DNA of 64,000 nt, from NCBI RefSeq assembly GCF_009914755.1, contig NC_060938.1; one strand, written 5' to 3'. The notes below the pieces were generated by a model that saw only the letters and a program-made list of their open reading frames with translations, had not been told where the DNA came from and did not search any database. Source of the stretch: the human T2T-CHM13v2.0 reference genome, Homo sapiens. The position numbers and the translations under genes are program-made. This document shows, piece after piece, positions 13,111 to 29,929 of this stretch (position 1 is its first letter; each line of letters opens with the position of its first letter).

Positions 13111-13450
13111 AACAGGGTCAGAGTTCAGTGGTTGTTTCCTTCTTATCTGAGGTGATGTGTTAGAGGATCACTAGGTGGGGATCCAGGTTTCTGAAAACAA
13201 TTCAGGTATATATGTTCAGATGTTACCTTTAATTTCTGTAGGGGAAGCAAACATTCTGTGATCTGACTTCCTTGGCTACTGTTTTAATCCATTATTAACT
13301 TCTTGCTTACCAAGTTGCTCATTTACTTCTCAAGGCTAGCTAGCTGCCTGGAATTTCTCTTGAAGAAACTCAAGAGTTTCCTTATTTTCTGTGCTTTGAG
13401 GAGGGCCCAAGTCCTCTAAGATGGGTCCCTGTTTTGTTTCAAAATGAGTA

Positions 13451-14202
13451 TGAAGAATGCGAGGTATGCAAAACTCATAAGGTCCAGAAAAATATGAGAA
13501 CAAATCCTCAGTCACCCCTCCCATGCTAGCACCAGTGTCCCTGGGCAATTGTTTAAAGGTATTTTATTTCTTCCTTGTAGTTTTCAGGCTAGCTGATAAA
13601 TTACCTAAAATGCAATTATAAGTTGCACAAGGTGACCCTCACTCATTATCTTTATGTTCCTGAAATTTTTGATACAAAAATAATGTATAGCCAATCAATA
13701 GCTTATGATCAACTTAAGAACTGCTCCTTCTTTTTTTCTTTAAAAAGCCACTTGTGGCCAGGCACAGTGGGTCACACCTGTAATCCCAGGACTTTCGGAG
13801 GCCAAGGCGGGTGGATCACAAGGTCAGGAGATAGAGATCATCCTGGCTAACACAGTGAAACCCCATCTCTACTAAAAATACAAAAAATTAGCTGGGCGTG
13901 GTGGGGGGCATCTGTAGTCCCAGCTGAGGCAGGAGAATGGTGTGAACCCAGGAGGTGGAGCTGGCAGTGAGCCAAGATTGCGCCACTGCACTCTAGCCTG
14001 GGCGACAGAGTGAGACTCCTCAAAAAAAAAAAACAAAAAAAACAAAAAAAAACAAAAAACCACTTGTAACTGCTGTTAATTAGAGGCCTGGTAATTCAGG
14101 CCAACTTAAATCTGTGTCTCCTTGGTTGCAGTCCTCAAATTTGGTCCAAATAAACTCTCTATTTATGTTAATTTTGCTTCAGTTTCTTCCTTTATGTTGA
14201 CA
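13451..14202 (+). mobile_element. ERV1 solo LTR (MER67-like, subfamily uncertain), split by an AluY
   Basis: TG...CA termini, CCAAT box, AATAAA followed by CTCTCTATTTATGTTAATTTTGCTTCAGTTTCTTCCTTTATGTTGACA. Confidence 0.65.
13756..14058 (+). mobile_element. AluY with ~12-bp internal deletion
   Basis: Y-type CATCCTGGCTAACAC and GGAGAATGGTGTGAACCC. TSD AAAAA(G)CCACTTGT. CCCAGCTGAGGC lacks the usual CTACTCGGGAGG. Confidence 0.93.
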
Positions 14203-14287
14203 AAGTCCAAAGACTAAATCTCAGTTTTATAGTCTTACAACTTCAGAAGTCTGCTGTTGTGTCTTGTTTTCTAACTGCTTTATATGA

Positions 14288-14608
<321 letters not shown>

Positions 14609-14779
14609 ACAATAATGCATTTTAAAAATATCCTCTGGTAGTTGGTGCAATATAAAATGATTTTAAAATTTTCCTAAATAATGTCAGAAGAATTGGATTA
14701 AAATATTAAAAACCACCAATGGTGGTTAGCTGACTTAAAATAGAAGAAAATATAACTCCTTACTTTTCAGGTTCCCAAA

Positions 14780-15464
14780 TGTAAACCAAAAATAAAATTC
14801 TAAGCCCCTCAACTGACTAAACAACCATCTCTTAGCCAAGGGGACCCCCAGAATAATCTTGAAAACTGAGTTCTTAGTTGCGATGGGATGGGGTGTCAGA
14901 CACTCTTGTTATACCCCCACCCTTGCTAATCATGATTAGCCTTTCTTCCCTAAGGGCTTAACAAAAACCAGGCCTTTCAAGAGACTCCACCACTGATATC
15001 AACCAACAGCCTGACACTACCCTTCCTTTTTTGCCTGATATGGTACCACTAACCAACGTGTTGTTCTGCCCAATCTATAGAGAATGTGCAGTAAGGGATT
15101 TTGCATCTTTTGCTTCACCTTTTGACATCATCAGGGTGAAAACTCCACCCTTGGATCATGCTAATGCCACTGTTTTTTTATACATGGGACCCATGAAGAG
15201 GCATGAAGCTCAGTTGTGCATGTTCACATTTCTTCTTCATAAATATTCATGGTTCCTCCTATAGCTTATTAAATATGTATATTCAGCTATCCTGCTCAGC
15301 ATATTTGTTCCCTTTGCCTCTTCCTCAAAGTATCTGTTTTTGACTTCTGACCAAAGGCTATGCTTCCCAGTCTGCCAGAATGGCCATTCTGCCAGCTGCA
15401 ATCCTTTATGAGAAATAAAATTTTCTTTTCCAAATTTATGAATGTCATAATTTTTCAGTCAATA
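14780..15464 (+). mobile_element. MER4-family solo LTR (B/D/E type)
   Basis: Starts TGTAAACCAAAAATAAAATTCTAAGCCCC; AATAAA near the 3' end. Confidence 0.82.
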
Positions 15465-15571
15465 CATATTTCTCTAATGGAGTCTTTACAACTGACTTTT
15501 GAGCTTTTTACATTAAATTAGCCACTCTGCACTAAAGAATGAATAGGAAGGATGTTTAAAAGGTGTGAAAG

Positions 15572-16088
15572 TGTCAACTAAATGAGAAAAATCAAGCCAT
15601 TAAAAAGTTAAAGTTAGTTTTATTCAGAAATCTTACTGAGGACTATAGACTGAGGCCTACAGGCTGGGAGTTTTTTTAGACTGCTTCTGCATGGTACTTC
15701 AGCCCACTCCTTATAAGCAGGTGGTGGGGTCTCAGTATTTGCAAAATCACATCAGAGTTGCTCAGAAGTTGCATTAAAGCAGAATTGCATCAAGGTTTGG
15801 ATGTAAGGGTATGTCCTGTTATAGATTACAGAAGAACAATCACTAACCCCGTTAGACATCATGTTATATGTAGAAAAAGGCAAGGACCAGGGTAATTTAT
15901 CTTTTAAGTAAATTAGTGACTCAGGCAAAAAATGTGGAAGACCACATGTTCTATCCTGCTTTGTCTTCAAAGCATCTTCCAGAAGAGCTGCAGGTCCTCA
16001 CAGAGTCAGGGGCTTTGTGAAATTATGCCCTTATGCTGGCAAGTGGAAGAACAAACATGGCTTCTTACATTTGCTACTTTGTCTCACA
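15572..16088 (-). mobile_element. ERV1 solo LTR, MER87-like
   Basis: TG...CA termini; the reverse complement starts TGTGAGACAAAGTAGCAAATGTAAGAAGCCATGTTTG. Confidence 0.7.
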
Positions 16089-16461
16089 AAGGTATTGTTT
16101 ATAAATTTAAAATGACAAAACTATTCCCGTTTCCTGGTACTGTGGATATTAGTAAGTTCATTAAAGTCAAGAAAAGATATAAAGATTTTTACCCAATAGT
16201 GTTTAATTAAATAAACCTTTATTTATTTTTTGCAAATAAGTAACTTGTTTGCAATATAAATTACATTGTTAAGGTATCTCGTGTTAACTATAACAAGTTG
16301 TTCATTCACTCATTTAGCAAATATTTTAGTGCTTATAAGGTGCCAAGCACTGAAGATGCATGAATGAACAAAACAAAAAAATCTTCGTATGCAGTGAATT
16401 ATGTTAGTAGGCATTCAAATTATGTTTAACTTGGGCAAACTTAGAGTTTCTTCCATGTCTC

Positions 16462-16932
16462 TGTGAAAAGAAAGTAGAAACTTGGGACCCCAATTCACTA
16501 TGCCAAAAGGGGAAAAAAAAAGCTGAAACCTGAGTCATGGAAGAAACTGCCTTTCCTTTTATTTCTACGCAGATAGCTACAGATACAAGGTTAAATACCT
16601 CCACAGATAGCTACTCTATATTCACCCTATCTTATGTAAAGTGCTGATTTACTGAGCATGAGAGGAATACATAATTGACTATTCCCCTACCTGTTCTTTT
16701 CCCCCTGCAACATGTGGGTTATCATACATTCCTTCTTTCTTCTCCAGCCCACTTTTCCCCTTTAAATGTTGAAACCCTTGAAATCATCTTTGGAGAAAGG
16801 CACAGACCACAGATTTTTTCTCTGATTCCATGCTTCTTTCCTTTTTTTTTTTTCCTTCCAGGCATGCCCTAAGCTTGCCAAAATAAACTTCTAAATTGAT
16901 TGAGACCTACCTCAGATGGTTTTTGGTTTGCA
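16462..16932 (+). mobile_element. MER4C-like solo LTR
   Basis: TGTGAAAAGAAAGTAGAAACTTGGGACCCCAATTCACTATGCCAAAAGG...AATAAACTTCTAAATTGATTGAGACC. Confidence 0.8.
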
Positions 16933-17593
16933 ACTTCTACCACATTTCCTACCTTGTAAACCTACCATGGCAAGTTTAAATGCAAGCATCTGTGGCTTTT
17001 AAAGCATGGAATAGGCTATTTGAATAGTTAAATTAAGAAACTGAAGACTTTGCTCTCAAGGAGCTGATATATACCCACTGAAAGGAAGGTAGCCTTTCCA
17101 TGAGGCTTGGAAACAGTTAAAATATACATGTCAAATTATGGGTACAAGATGCTAATCAACACCTTTGACTTTTAAAAACAGGCAACTAGGTTTCAAATTA
17201 TCAAATGGTCTAGTAGGACAATGAGTAAATCAAATGACCTTGAGTGCTTACTATAAGGTTGTATTTTTTTCATTTGCCTTGCACTGCCTTGGAAAACAAA
17301 GCTTCAGATAGCATTTTTACTTGCTCTCAGGCAAAGGACTCATATTTAAAACAGTTGAAGCTTTTATAATGATAGAATGATGGTAGCCTTCTCTGCATAA
17401 CAATATAGTAAATATGGTAGATTCTTCATATTTACAGATTTAAGATTCATGGTTTCAACTGTTTGCCAGTGATGCAGAAAATGCTTGGTCTTTTTAGTAA
17501 AAGAATTTGAGTCAGGTTCTCTGTGACACTAGTACCTGAAGAGAATCACTCAACTAGTGAGTATGTCTAGCTGGCACTCAGAATCAATGGTTT

Positions 17594-18135
17594 TGTCAGA
17601 GGCGTCCAAACCAGAGCAACTCCATATTGAATAGGGGCTGGGTAAAATGAGGCTGAGATCTACTTGGCTGCATTCCCAGGTGGTTAGGCATTCTAAGTCC
17701 CAGGTGAGATAGGAGGTCAGCATAAGACACAGGTCATAAAGACCTTGCTGATAAAACTGGTTTCAGTAAAGAAGCCAGCCAAAACCTATCAAAACCAAGA
17801 TGGTGTCAAGAGTGAACTCTGGTCATCCACACTGCTACACTTTCACCAGTGCCGTGACAGTTTACATATGCCATGGCAATGTCAGGAAGTTGCCCTATAT
17901 GGTCTAAAAACAGAAGGCATGAATAATTCACCCCTTGTTTAGCATATAATAAAAAAACCATAAAAATGGGCAATCAGCAGCCCTCGGGGGTCTACGGAGT
18001 AGCCATTCTTTTATCCCTCTACTTTCTTAACAAACTTGCCATCACTTTACTCTATGGACTCGCCCTGAATTCTTACTTGTGCGAGATCAAAGAACCCTCT
18101 CTTGGGGTCTGGATCCAGACCCCTTTCCGGTAACA
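17594..18135 (+). mobile_element. MER41A solo LTR
   Basis: TGTCAGAGGCGTCCAAACCAGAGCAACTCCAT...CCCTTTCCGGTAACA with 4-bp TSD GTTT. It lacks the tandem GAS-motif segment of MER41B. Confidence 0.9.
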
Positions 18136-19159
18136 GTTTTGTTTGTCTAACACTTTCCTAAAATGAAACCAGCTTGGCTATTTCATGAATATTCTCCACT
18201 AACTAAGAGAGAAAACAGTGTCAAAATTGGAGTAGATATATTGCAATGTGAGATGTGCCTAGGAAATACATGAATGGTTGGAAAGATGATTTAGTAGAAA
18301 GAAGCAGTTTGCATAATACCATATAATTACAGATTTGGAGATTTGCTAAGGACTAGGCATATTTTTACAACATTACACAAAACCTATTGTTTGGAGGCTA
18401 TTCTTTTTCCCTTGTTAATATTAAATCCTGAATGATTTAGATAAGTATTTTTGTATTTTAATTTTTAAGCATATTTACTGTTATATCATGAGGGTAGCTA
18501 TTAAAAGTAGGAAACTCTTACTCCTAATTTTCTTGTTACTTATTTTATTTATGTAACTTCTCCTTTGAAGTATAGGAAAATGAAAAAAATTATTTCAAAC
18601 ATTTAGATTGTGTTTACGTTTTAGTCAATATTCAGAACGTCTCCATTTCTTTTTCCGGCCACATCACCAGTAGCATTTGCAGCAACAGACTGTACTGACA
18701 GTTTAGGAAGAAAAACTCAAGGAAAAAAGCATATATTGAGTCCTTACTAGACTGCATCTCAGTGTACTTTTAAAATTGCCTTCTAGTAGCTTGCCATCTT
18801 GTTAGAGAGGGAGAATTTATGTTCGTCCGACAGTTAGTAAAAAGATCTAAGAATGATCAGTTAAATATAACCAAGCACCAAAATGTATGACAAATACAAC
18901 AAAAGCCCTTTGTTCAGGGAAGGTTTAAGGGAGGAAGTGAACTTGAGGATAGATCTTGAAGGCCTAGTTCTTTTCTAGAACTCGATAAATGAAATAGAGC
19001 CAATGGGCCATAGAATCCATATGCAAAACTGTAAGGACAGGATGAAGTGTGGTTTTTGTAAAAAAACTAAGGAAGTCAGCCAGGCTTTAGAGAAAGGTTC
19101 AGGAGAGGGAATTTTCAACATGGGGCTTGATGATTTCTGACCTGCCATGTATATCCTTG

Positions 19160-19267
19160 TTTATATCAATTAGCCTATGGTAAGATTGGTTTCATTATAT
19201 AGTGAATTTTGCTTGAAATCACAGTTTCCAAGAACATATTCAGGATGTTAGGTGAGAACTTCCTGTA
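19160..19267. mobile_element. TcMar-Tigger (MER82-like) terminal fragment
   Basis: CAGTTTCCAAGAACATATTCAGGATGTTAGGTGAGAACTTCCTG followed by TA resembles the MER82 TIR. Confidence 0.55.
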
Positions 19268-19892
19268 TAAGATTTTTTTTTTTTTTTGGCATTGCCTGGT
19301 TAACTTATAAAAACCTTGGTAATTGTCTGTATTTAATTTATGAAATACTTATTTTGGGGAATCACAAGGAAGGAGCTCTCTGAAGACAGTAATATTAAAT
19401 AACAGAACTCTGAATAGGTAGTATGATATTTACTCAGAAAAAAATAAATCTAGGACATAAGTTAAGAAGAATAGTTATCAACTGACAAGATTATATAAAG
19501 ACTAGGGAAGTGTTTTAGAGGACAAAATCTTTGTCCTTACTCCCTACAGAGAATCCCTTATGTTCTAAAATATCTGTGTGACAGAAAGTCATTTGAATAT
19601 TGCTTTATAAAACTTCCTAAATATCTCCTAAAGTATTTATTCAAATATGTATATAGGATGTTTCCAAAAAATGTTTAATGACATGAGAAAATGATCATAA
19701 TATGAATGGAAAATGAAAACAAATTTGTAAATACAATAGCATTTTCATTCTGTACTTAGTTAAACAATGCTTTTGGGGGCTCTTAAATTATAATTTCTTA
19801 ATTTTTTTCTCTGCACATATATATACTTTCCAAATTCTTAACATTAAACATTTAATCTTTTATACTTGCGGAGGAGGAGATGGCCTACTTAG

Positions 19893-20194
<302 letters not shown>

Positions 20195-20617
20195 TGGCTT
20201 TTGTTTTTTTAATTGAAGTTTTGGTATTTTTTCTCAAAGATTTGTATGAATATTCTGTACATCAAGAAAAGTAATCCTTGAATGTCATACTAGTTGATTG
20301 ACTTAGTTTTGTATTGTAAAGTGTTGAGAATAATCTTTAATCACCCGGACAATTAATCTCTTGCAAGTTCAGGAGACTTCGTGTTCATTCTGATTATAAT
20401 ATATGTGGTGTCGAGTTTCATTAAGATGGGCAGTTTTCATGGTCCATCTTAATGGAAATGTAGATCTGTGTTAGTTTAAGTTTATGATTTATATCTGAAA
20501 GCAAAACAGAATGAATACATTAAAATTATAAGATAACACATGGCTGTCAATCTAGCAACATGTGGTACTAGGGATGAAGAGAAGTATAAATCGTTATACT
20601 TATGTTACAAATGCTGT

Positions 20618-21416
20618 TGATACAGACAGGAGGCAGGGAAATATTAGGTAGAAAAGGTCCGGGTCCCTGGTGAGGGATCCACCCTCAAGCGTGGACCCGT
20701 GGCCCTAAATGAGAAATTCCCATCCCCATTTTCCCACCTGAATGTTGCCTTTTCCAAAGCACCCTGGCATATCCTGCCTCAAACCCTGTATGCTTAGAAT
20801 CCCCAAGCTCCACTGCTGGGGGATGGAGAGCAGCATAGCAGAAAAGGGAAGAAGAGAAGCAGTCGGACATCAGAGAAAAGCAGCTTGACTTCAGAGCGAC
20901 GGCTTGACGGTGGGACTTTGGAGGAGAGTTCAGCCAGGGACAGCTGAACTCCTGGGGAAGATTATCTTCCCACTCCATCCCCCTTCCAGTTCCCCTTTCT
21001 GCTGAGAGCCACCTCCACTGCTCAATAAAATCCTCTGCATACACCACCCTTCAATTTGTTCACATAGCCTCATTCTTCCTGGACACCAGACAAGGACCCG
21101 GGTACGGATGCAAGAGACTGTCACACTGATGCTCCACTGATCTGTTTAACACTTAAGCCGTCCATAGATGTTAAAGCTAAAGGAGTGCACTATAACACAG
21201 GCCCTCTAGGGCTCCAGGGGTCATGGGCAACCCATCAATGCTGCCACAGGCCGGTACGGGGTTCGTTCCTGCCAGTGCCCAAAGGCTCTCACCCTGGCTC
21301 CTGCACCTGCTCACCTGCGTGCTCCTTCTCCTGCAAGGGGTTTGAGCACCATGGGCTGAGTAAGTGAGCCACCCCTTCAGAAGGCCAGCAAAGGAGTCAT
21401 GGGAAATATCTCTTGA
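20618..21416 (+). mobile_element. MER50-family solo LTR (3' terminus altered)
   Basis: Starts TGATACAGACAGGAGGCAGGGAAATA and is homologous to the copy at 50777-51544. Confidence 0.88.
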
Positions 21417-21726
21417 TACAGATTGAATAAATGGTATTTTATAAAGATGTTTGCATATCTTCTTTCTGTTTAGCCATTGTTAACATTAGGTATGTAATCA
21501 TCAATTTTCAATGGGTGGATGGAAAACATTAAAAATCCAGGTTCCTGGTTGTTTTATCAAAAAAGTTAAAAAATAACAGTTATAGTTCACTTTAATAGGT
21601 GAATGCTAGGTATTCCTGAGGATTAGTTGGCTCTGAGTATAGTGTTTATGAAACATGTACAAGGTTGTTCACATAACAAGAACTTAAAGGTGTGAACTTT
21701 ATGAGCTTTGGTGAACAGTTTAAACA

Positions 21727-21761
21727 ATATATATATATATATAATATATATTATATATATA
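21727..21761. repeat. Imperfect (TA)n microsatellite
   Basis: AATATATATATATATAATATATATTATATATATA. Confidence 0.85.
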
Positions 21762-22949
21762 CAGACTGTAAGAATGAACATGAATAATTCTAGCATTGAT
21801 GGAGAGAAAACAAAAAACTTACTGTTGAGATCCTACTGAATTTTTGCAGGGAATGTGAAATGGCTTCCATGTATTTTTAATGTTTTTATAATTCATATTT
21901 GTTTTAGGGATTTTGGCAATAGCGTAGACACATCTAAAAAAACACAGAAACCCACGGTAACCTAATTAGTATGCTTTAATTACTCTTGGGAGTACAGATT
22001 GAAAATTGGACACATTTTGAGTTCCAATTCATTCTACTTTATGAGAATTGGTGTCCTGTGTAGAAAAACTTGGTGCTATTTTATAATTCAGCTACTTTCA
22101 AAAAAAATGCAAGGGGATATAAGATTATGATTCTACAGTTAATGTTTTGCACGACCCTAGAAAAGCTGTGTAAGAATTATGTGAAAGAAAAAACATCATA
22201 CTTTATCTTTTCAGATTGCGTGATATAGTACATGTCATTTACTCTATCGAATTTATTTTTGTTATCTTTAAAGTGATGACACTTATTTTACAGGGGTTCT
22301 TGCTAGGATTAAATAAAACGTATAAAGGTCTAGGACAGTATGTGGTATTTTACAGATTGAGTAAATGGTATTTTATAAAGATGTTTGCATATCTTCTTTC
22401 TGTTTAGCCATATGTTTAACCTGGTTTCCATAAACAATTACAGAGGTTTTCCACTTACAGAACTTCCTAAATTCTGTGTAAAATATTGTGTGTGTGCTTA
22501 TTTCTGGAGATGCTATTTAACTTTCATCAGATTAAAAACTTGTATATTAAAGCCCTTGATTATACAAACATACATGTTAAACTTTGTTCAATTTTACAGC
22601 CAATTTATCTTAGTGTATAGATTAATAATTTAATTTTAGGCAACTTAATGAAATGACTATGTGAACTGGAAGCTGAACCTGAGCATGTGGCAAAACATTG
22701 CAAAAGGAACCAAGAGAAAACTGAACTATTTAGTCCCTAAACAGATTTTTTAAAATGTCAATAGTAAAATACATTTTCATCAAACTATCTCAGCCTCAAT
22801 TGAATTGATTGTTTTGCACAAAATGATACCAAACAAAACCTTTTCTATGGCTATAAAAACAAAGAAAATTTTCAACATTTCATTTTACGGGCACATGTAA
22901 TAAAATGTGAAATTTATTTAAAAATATTTTATCTTGCTTAGTGTTAATA

Positions 22950-23300
22950 CAGGTTGACCATCCCTAATTGGAAAATCAGAAATTTTAAATGCCCCCCAAA
23001 ATCAGAAATTTGAAATGCTCCAAAATCCAAAACTTCTTGAGCACCAACATGACACTACAAGTGGAAAATTTCAGACATAAGGACTTAACACAAACTGCTT
23101 CGTGTACAAAATTATTAAAAATATTGTATAAAATTACTTTCAAGCTATTGGTATAAGTTGTACATGAAACATAAATGAATGTCATGTTTAGACTTGGGTC
23201 TCATCCTCAAGATATCTCATTATATGTATTTGAATATTCTAAAATTAAAAAAATAAACACTTCTGGTCCCTAGCTCTTCAGATAAGGGATACTCAAACTA
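22950..23300. mobile_element. Tigger4b/MER46-type non-autonomous TcMar element
   Basis: TIRs CAGGTTGACCATCCCTAAT ... ATAAGGGATACTCAAACTA, flanked by TA. Confidence 0.85.
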
Positions 23301-23976
23301 TATAAAGGGGAACTATTTTTTCTTAAACTGTTTAAACTGAGATCTTTGATTTTTTGATCTTTAGAGGACTCTTATGCATTATAATTTTGAAACTGAAGAG
23401 TATGCTAAATATTTGCTACTTTAAATAAAATAATTTGACTTATAATTTAAACTCTTCTATTAGTTACATTTGTATATTTTTAAAAATGTAAACACTCAAA
23501 GGAAAAAAATCATGAGATGAGAGGTAACTAAAGTTTTATTTTAAAAAATTAGAAAGTAGAGCTACTCCATGACTTTACCTTGGAAATAATTTCTGCAGTG
23601 CTCTTGAGACATTAATTCAGAGATGTGATGATGAAATTCATGGCAGAAATTTAACTGAAAACTGAAGCTGCATCAAATTTCATAGAATTATTTGTTGTTT
23701 TAAAATAAATAATTTAAAAATCTTATTTTCACTAATTGGAATATTAATTGGTCATTGTTCTTTTTTTTATTATTATACTTTAAGTTTTAGGGTACATGTG
23801 CATATTGTGCAGGTTAGTTACATATGTATACATGTGCCATGCTGGTGCGCTGCACCCACTAACTCGTCATCTAGCATTAGGTATATCTCCCAATGCTATC
23901 CCTCCCCACTCCCCCCACCCCACAACAGTCCCCAGAGTGTGATATTCCCCTTCCTGTGTCCATATGATCTCATTGT

Positions 23977-27818
<3,842 letters not shown>

Positions 27819-27866
27819 TTATTTTGCTCGTTAGTTGATGCAGTTTCTTCCTAGTCTCGATGGTCT

Positions 27867-28883
27867 TTACATTTTGGCATGATTTTTCAGCGGCTGGTAC
27901 CGGTTGTTCCTTTCCATATTTAGCACTTCCTTCAGGAGCTCTTTTAGGACAGGCCTGGTGGTGACAAAATCTCTCAGCATTTGCTTGTCTGTAAAGTATT
28001 TTATTTCTCCTTCACTTATGAAGCTTAGTTTGGCTGGATATGAAATTCTGGGTTGAAAATTCTTTTCTTTAAGAATGTTGAATATTGGCCCCCACTCTCT
28101 ACTGGCTTGTAGGGTTTCTGCCAAGAGATCCGCTGTTAGTCTGATGGGCTTCCCTTTGAGGGTAACCCGACCTTTCTCTCTGGCTGTCCTTAACATTTTT
28201 TCCTTCATTTCAACTTTGGTGAATCTGACAATTATGTGTCTTGGAGTTGCTCTTCTCGAGGAGTATCTTTGTGGCGTTCTCTGTATTTCCTGAATCTGAA
28301 CATTGGCCTGCCTTGCTTGATTGGGGAAGTTCTCCTGGATAATATCCTGCAGCGTGTTTTCCAACTTGATTCCATTCTCCCCATCACTTTCAGGTACACC
28401 AATCAGACGTAGATTTGGTCTTTTCACATAGTCCCATATTTCTTGGAGGCTTTGCTCATTTCTTTTTATTCTTTTTTCTCTAAACTTCCCTTCTCGCTTC
28501 ATTTCATTCATTTCATCTTCCATTGCTGATACCCTTTCTTCCAGTTGATCACATCGGCTCCTGAGGCTTCTGCATTCTTCACGTAGTTCTCGAGCCTTGG
28601 TTTTCAGCTCCATCAGCTCCTTTAATCACTTCTGTGTATTGGTTATTCTAGTTATACATTCTTCTAAATTTTTTTCAAAGTTTTCAACTTCTTTGCCTTT
28701 GGTTTGAATGTCCTCCCATAGCTCATAGTAATTTGATCATCTGACACCTTCTTCTCTCAGCTCATCAAAGTCATTCTCCATCCAGCTTGGTTCCATTGCT
28801 GGTGAGGAACTGCGTTCCTTTGGAGGAGGAGAGGTGCTCTGCTTTTTAGAGTTTCCAGTTTTTCTGTTCTGTTTTTTCCCCAT
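27867..28883 (-). pseudogene. L1 ORF1p, disrupted
   Basis: ATG at 28883 (MGKKQNRKTGNSK), 1,017-nt canonical span, in-frame TGA at codon 49 (28737-28739) and codon 86 (28626-28628). Confidence 0.95.
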
Positions 28884-29790
28884 CTTTGTGGTTTTATCTA
28901 CTTTTGGTCTTTGATGATGGTGATGTACAGATGGGTTTTTGGTGTGGATGTCCTTTCTGTTTGTTAGTTTTCCTTCTAACAGACAGGACCCTCAGCTGCA
29001 GGTCTGTTGCAATACTCTGCCGTGTGAGGTGTCACTGTGCCCCTGCTGGGGGGGTGCCTCCCAGTTAGGCTGCTCAGGGGTCAGGGGTCAGGGACCCACT
29101 TGAGGAGGCAGTCTGCCCGTTCTCAGATCTCCAGCTGCGTGCTGGGAGAACCACTGCTCTCTTCAAAGCTGCAGACAGGGACATTTAAGTCTGCAGAAGT
29201 TACTGCTGTCTTTTTGTTTGTCTGTGCCCTGCCCCCAGAGGTGGAGCCTACAGAGGCAGGCAGACCTCTTTGAGCTGTGGTGGGTTCCACCCAGTTCGAG
29301 CTTCCCAGCTGCTTTGTTTACCTAATCAAGCCTGGGCAATGGCGGGCGCCCCTCCCCCAGCCTCGCTGCCGCCTTGCAGTTTGATCTCAGACTGCTGTGC
29401 TAGCAATCAGCGAGACGCCCTGGGCGTAGGACCCTCCGAGCCAGGTGCGGGATATAAGCTTGTTGTGCGCCGTTTTTTAAATCCGTCGGAAAAGCGCAGT
29501 ATTCGGTTGGGAGTGACCCGATTTTCCAGTTGCTGTCCGTCACCCCTTTCTTTGACTCAGAAAGGGAACTCCCTGACCCCTTGCGCTTCCCAAGTGAGGC
29601 AATGCCTCGCCTTGCTTCCGCTTGCGCACGGTGCGCGCACCCACTGGACCTGCGCCCACTGTCTGGCACTCCCTAGTGAGATGAACCCGGTACCTCAGAT
29701 GGAAATGCAGAAATCACCCGTCTTCTGCGTCGCTAACGCTGGGAGCTGTAGACCTGAGCTGTTCCTATTTGGCCATCTTGGCTCCTCCCC
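28884..29790 (-). promoter_or_regulatory. L1 5'UTR internal sense promoter and antisense promoter; CpG-rich; YY1 site intact at 29771-29781
   Basis: CCAAGATGGCC motif retained; many CpGs retained between 29340 and 29740. Confidence 0.85.
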
Positions 29791-29866
29791 TGGTCATGTT
29801 TTTATTTTTACTTTTATCAAGGACTTATTATGTGCTAGCATTGGTGCTAATGTTTTGTATATATAG
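29339..29866 (+). CDS. ORF0: L1 antisense ORF0-like open frame, extended to 175 aa (expression unknown)
   Basis: ATG in GCAATGG context; MAGAPPPASLPPCSLISDCCASNQRD..GVGPSEPG is the ORF0 N-terminus. No stop until 29864-29866, which lies outside the element. Confidence 0.6.
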   Translation: MAGAPPPASLPPCSLISDCCASNQRDALGVGPSEPGAGYKLVVRRFLNPSEKRSIRLGVTRFSSCCPSPLSLTQKGNSLTPCASQVRQCLALLPLAHGARTHWTCAHCLALPSEMNPVPQMEMQKSPVFCVANAGSCRPELFLFGHLGSSPGHVFIFTFIKDLLCASIGANVLYI

Positions 29867-29925
29867 ATACATTTAATCTTTATAACAATGAAGTCTTATT
29901 TCCCATTTTATAAACAAGAAAACTA
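29810..29925 (-). mobile_element. MIR fragment
   Basis: ACTTATTATGTGCTAGCATTGGTGCTAATGTTTT...ATTTAATCTTTATAACAA...CCCATTTTATAAACAAGAAAACTAA. Confidence 0.65.
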
Positions 29926-29929
29926 AACA

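Noticed and set aside
29330-29750. CpG-rich stretch as a host-gene CpG island
   Set aside because: Fully explained by the young L1 5'UTR.
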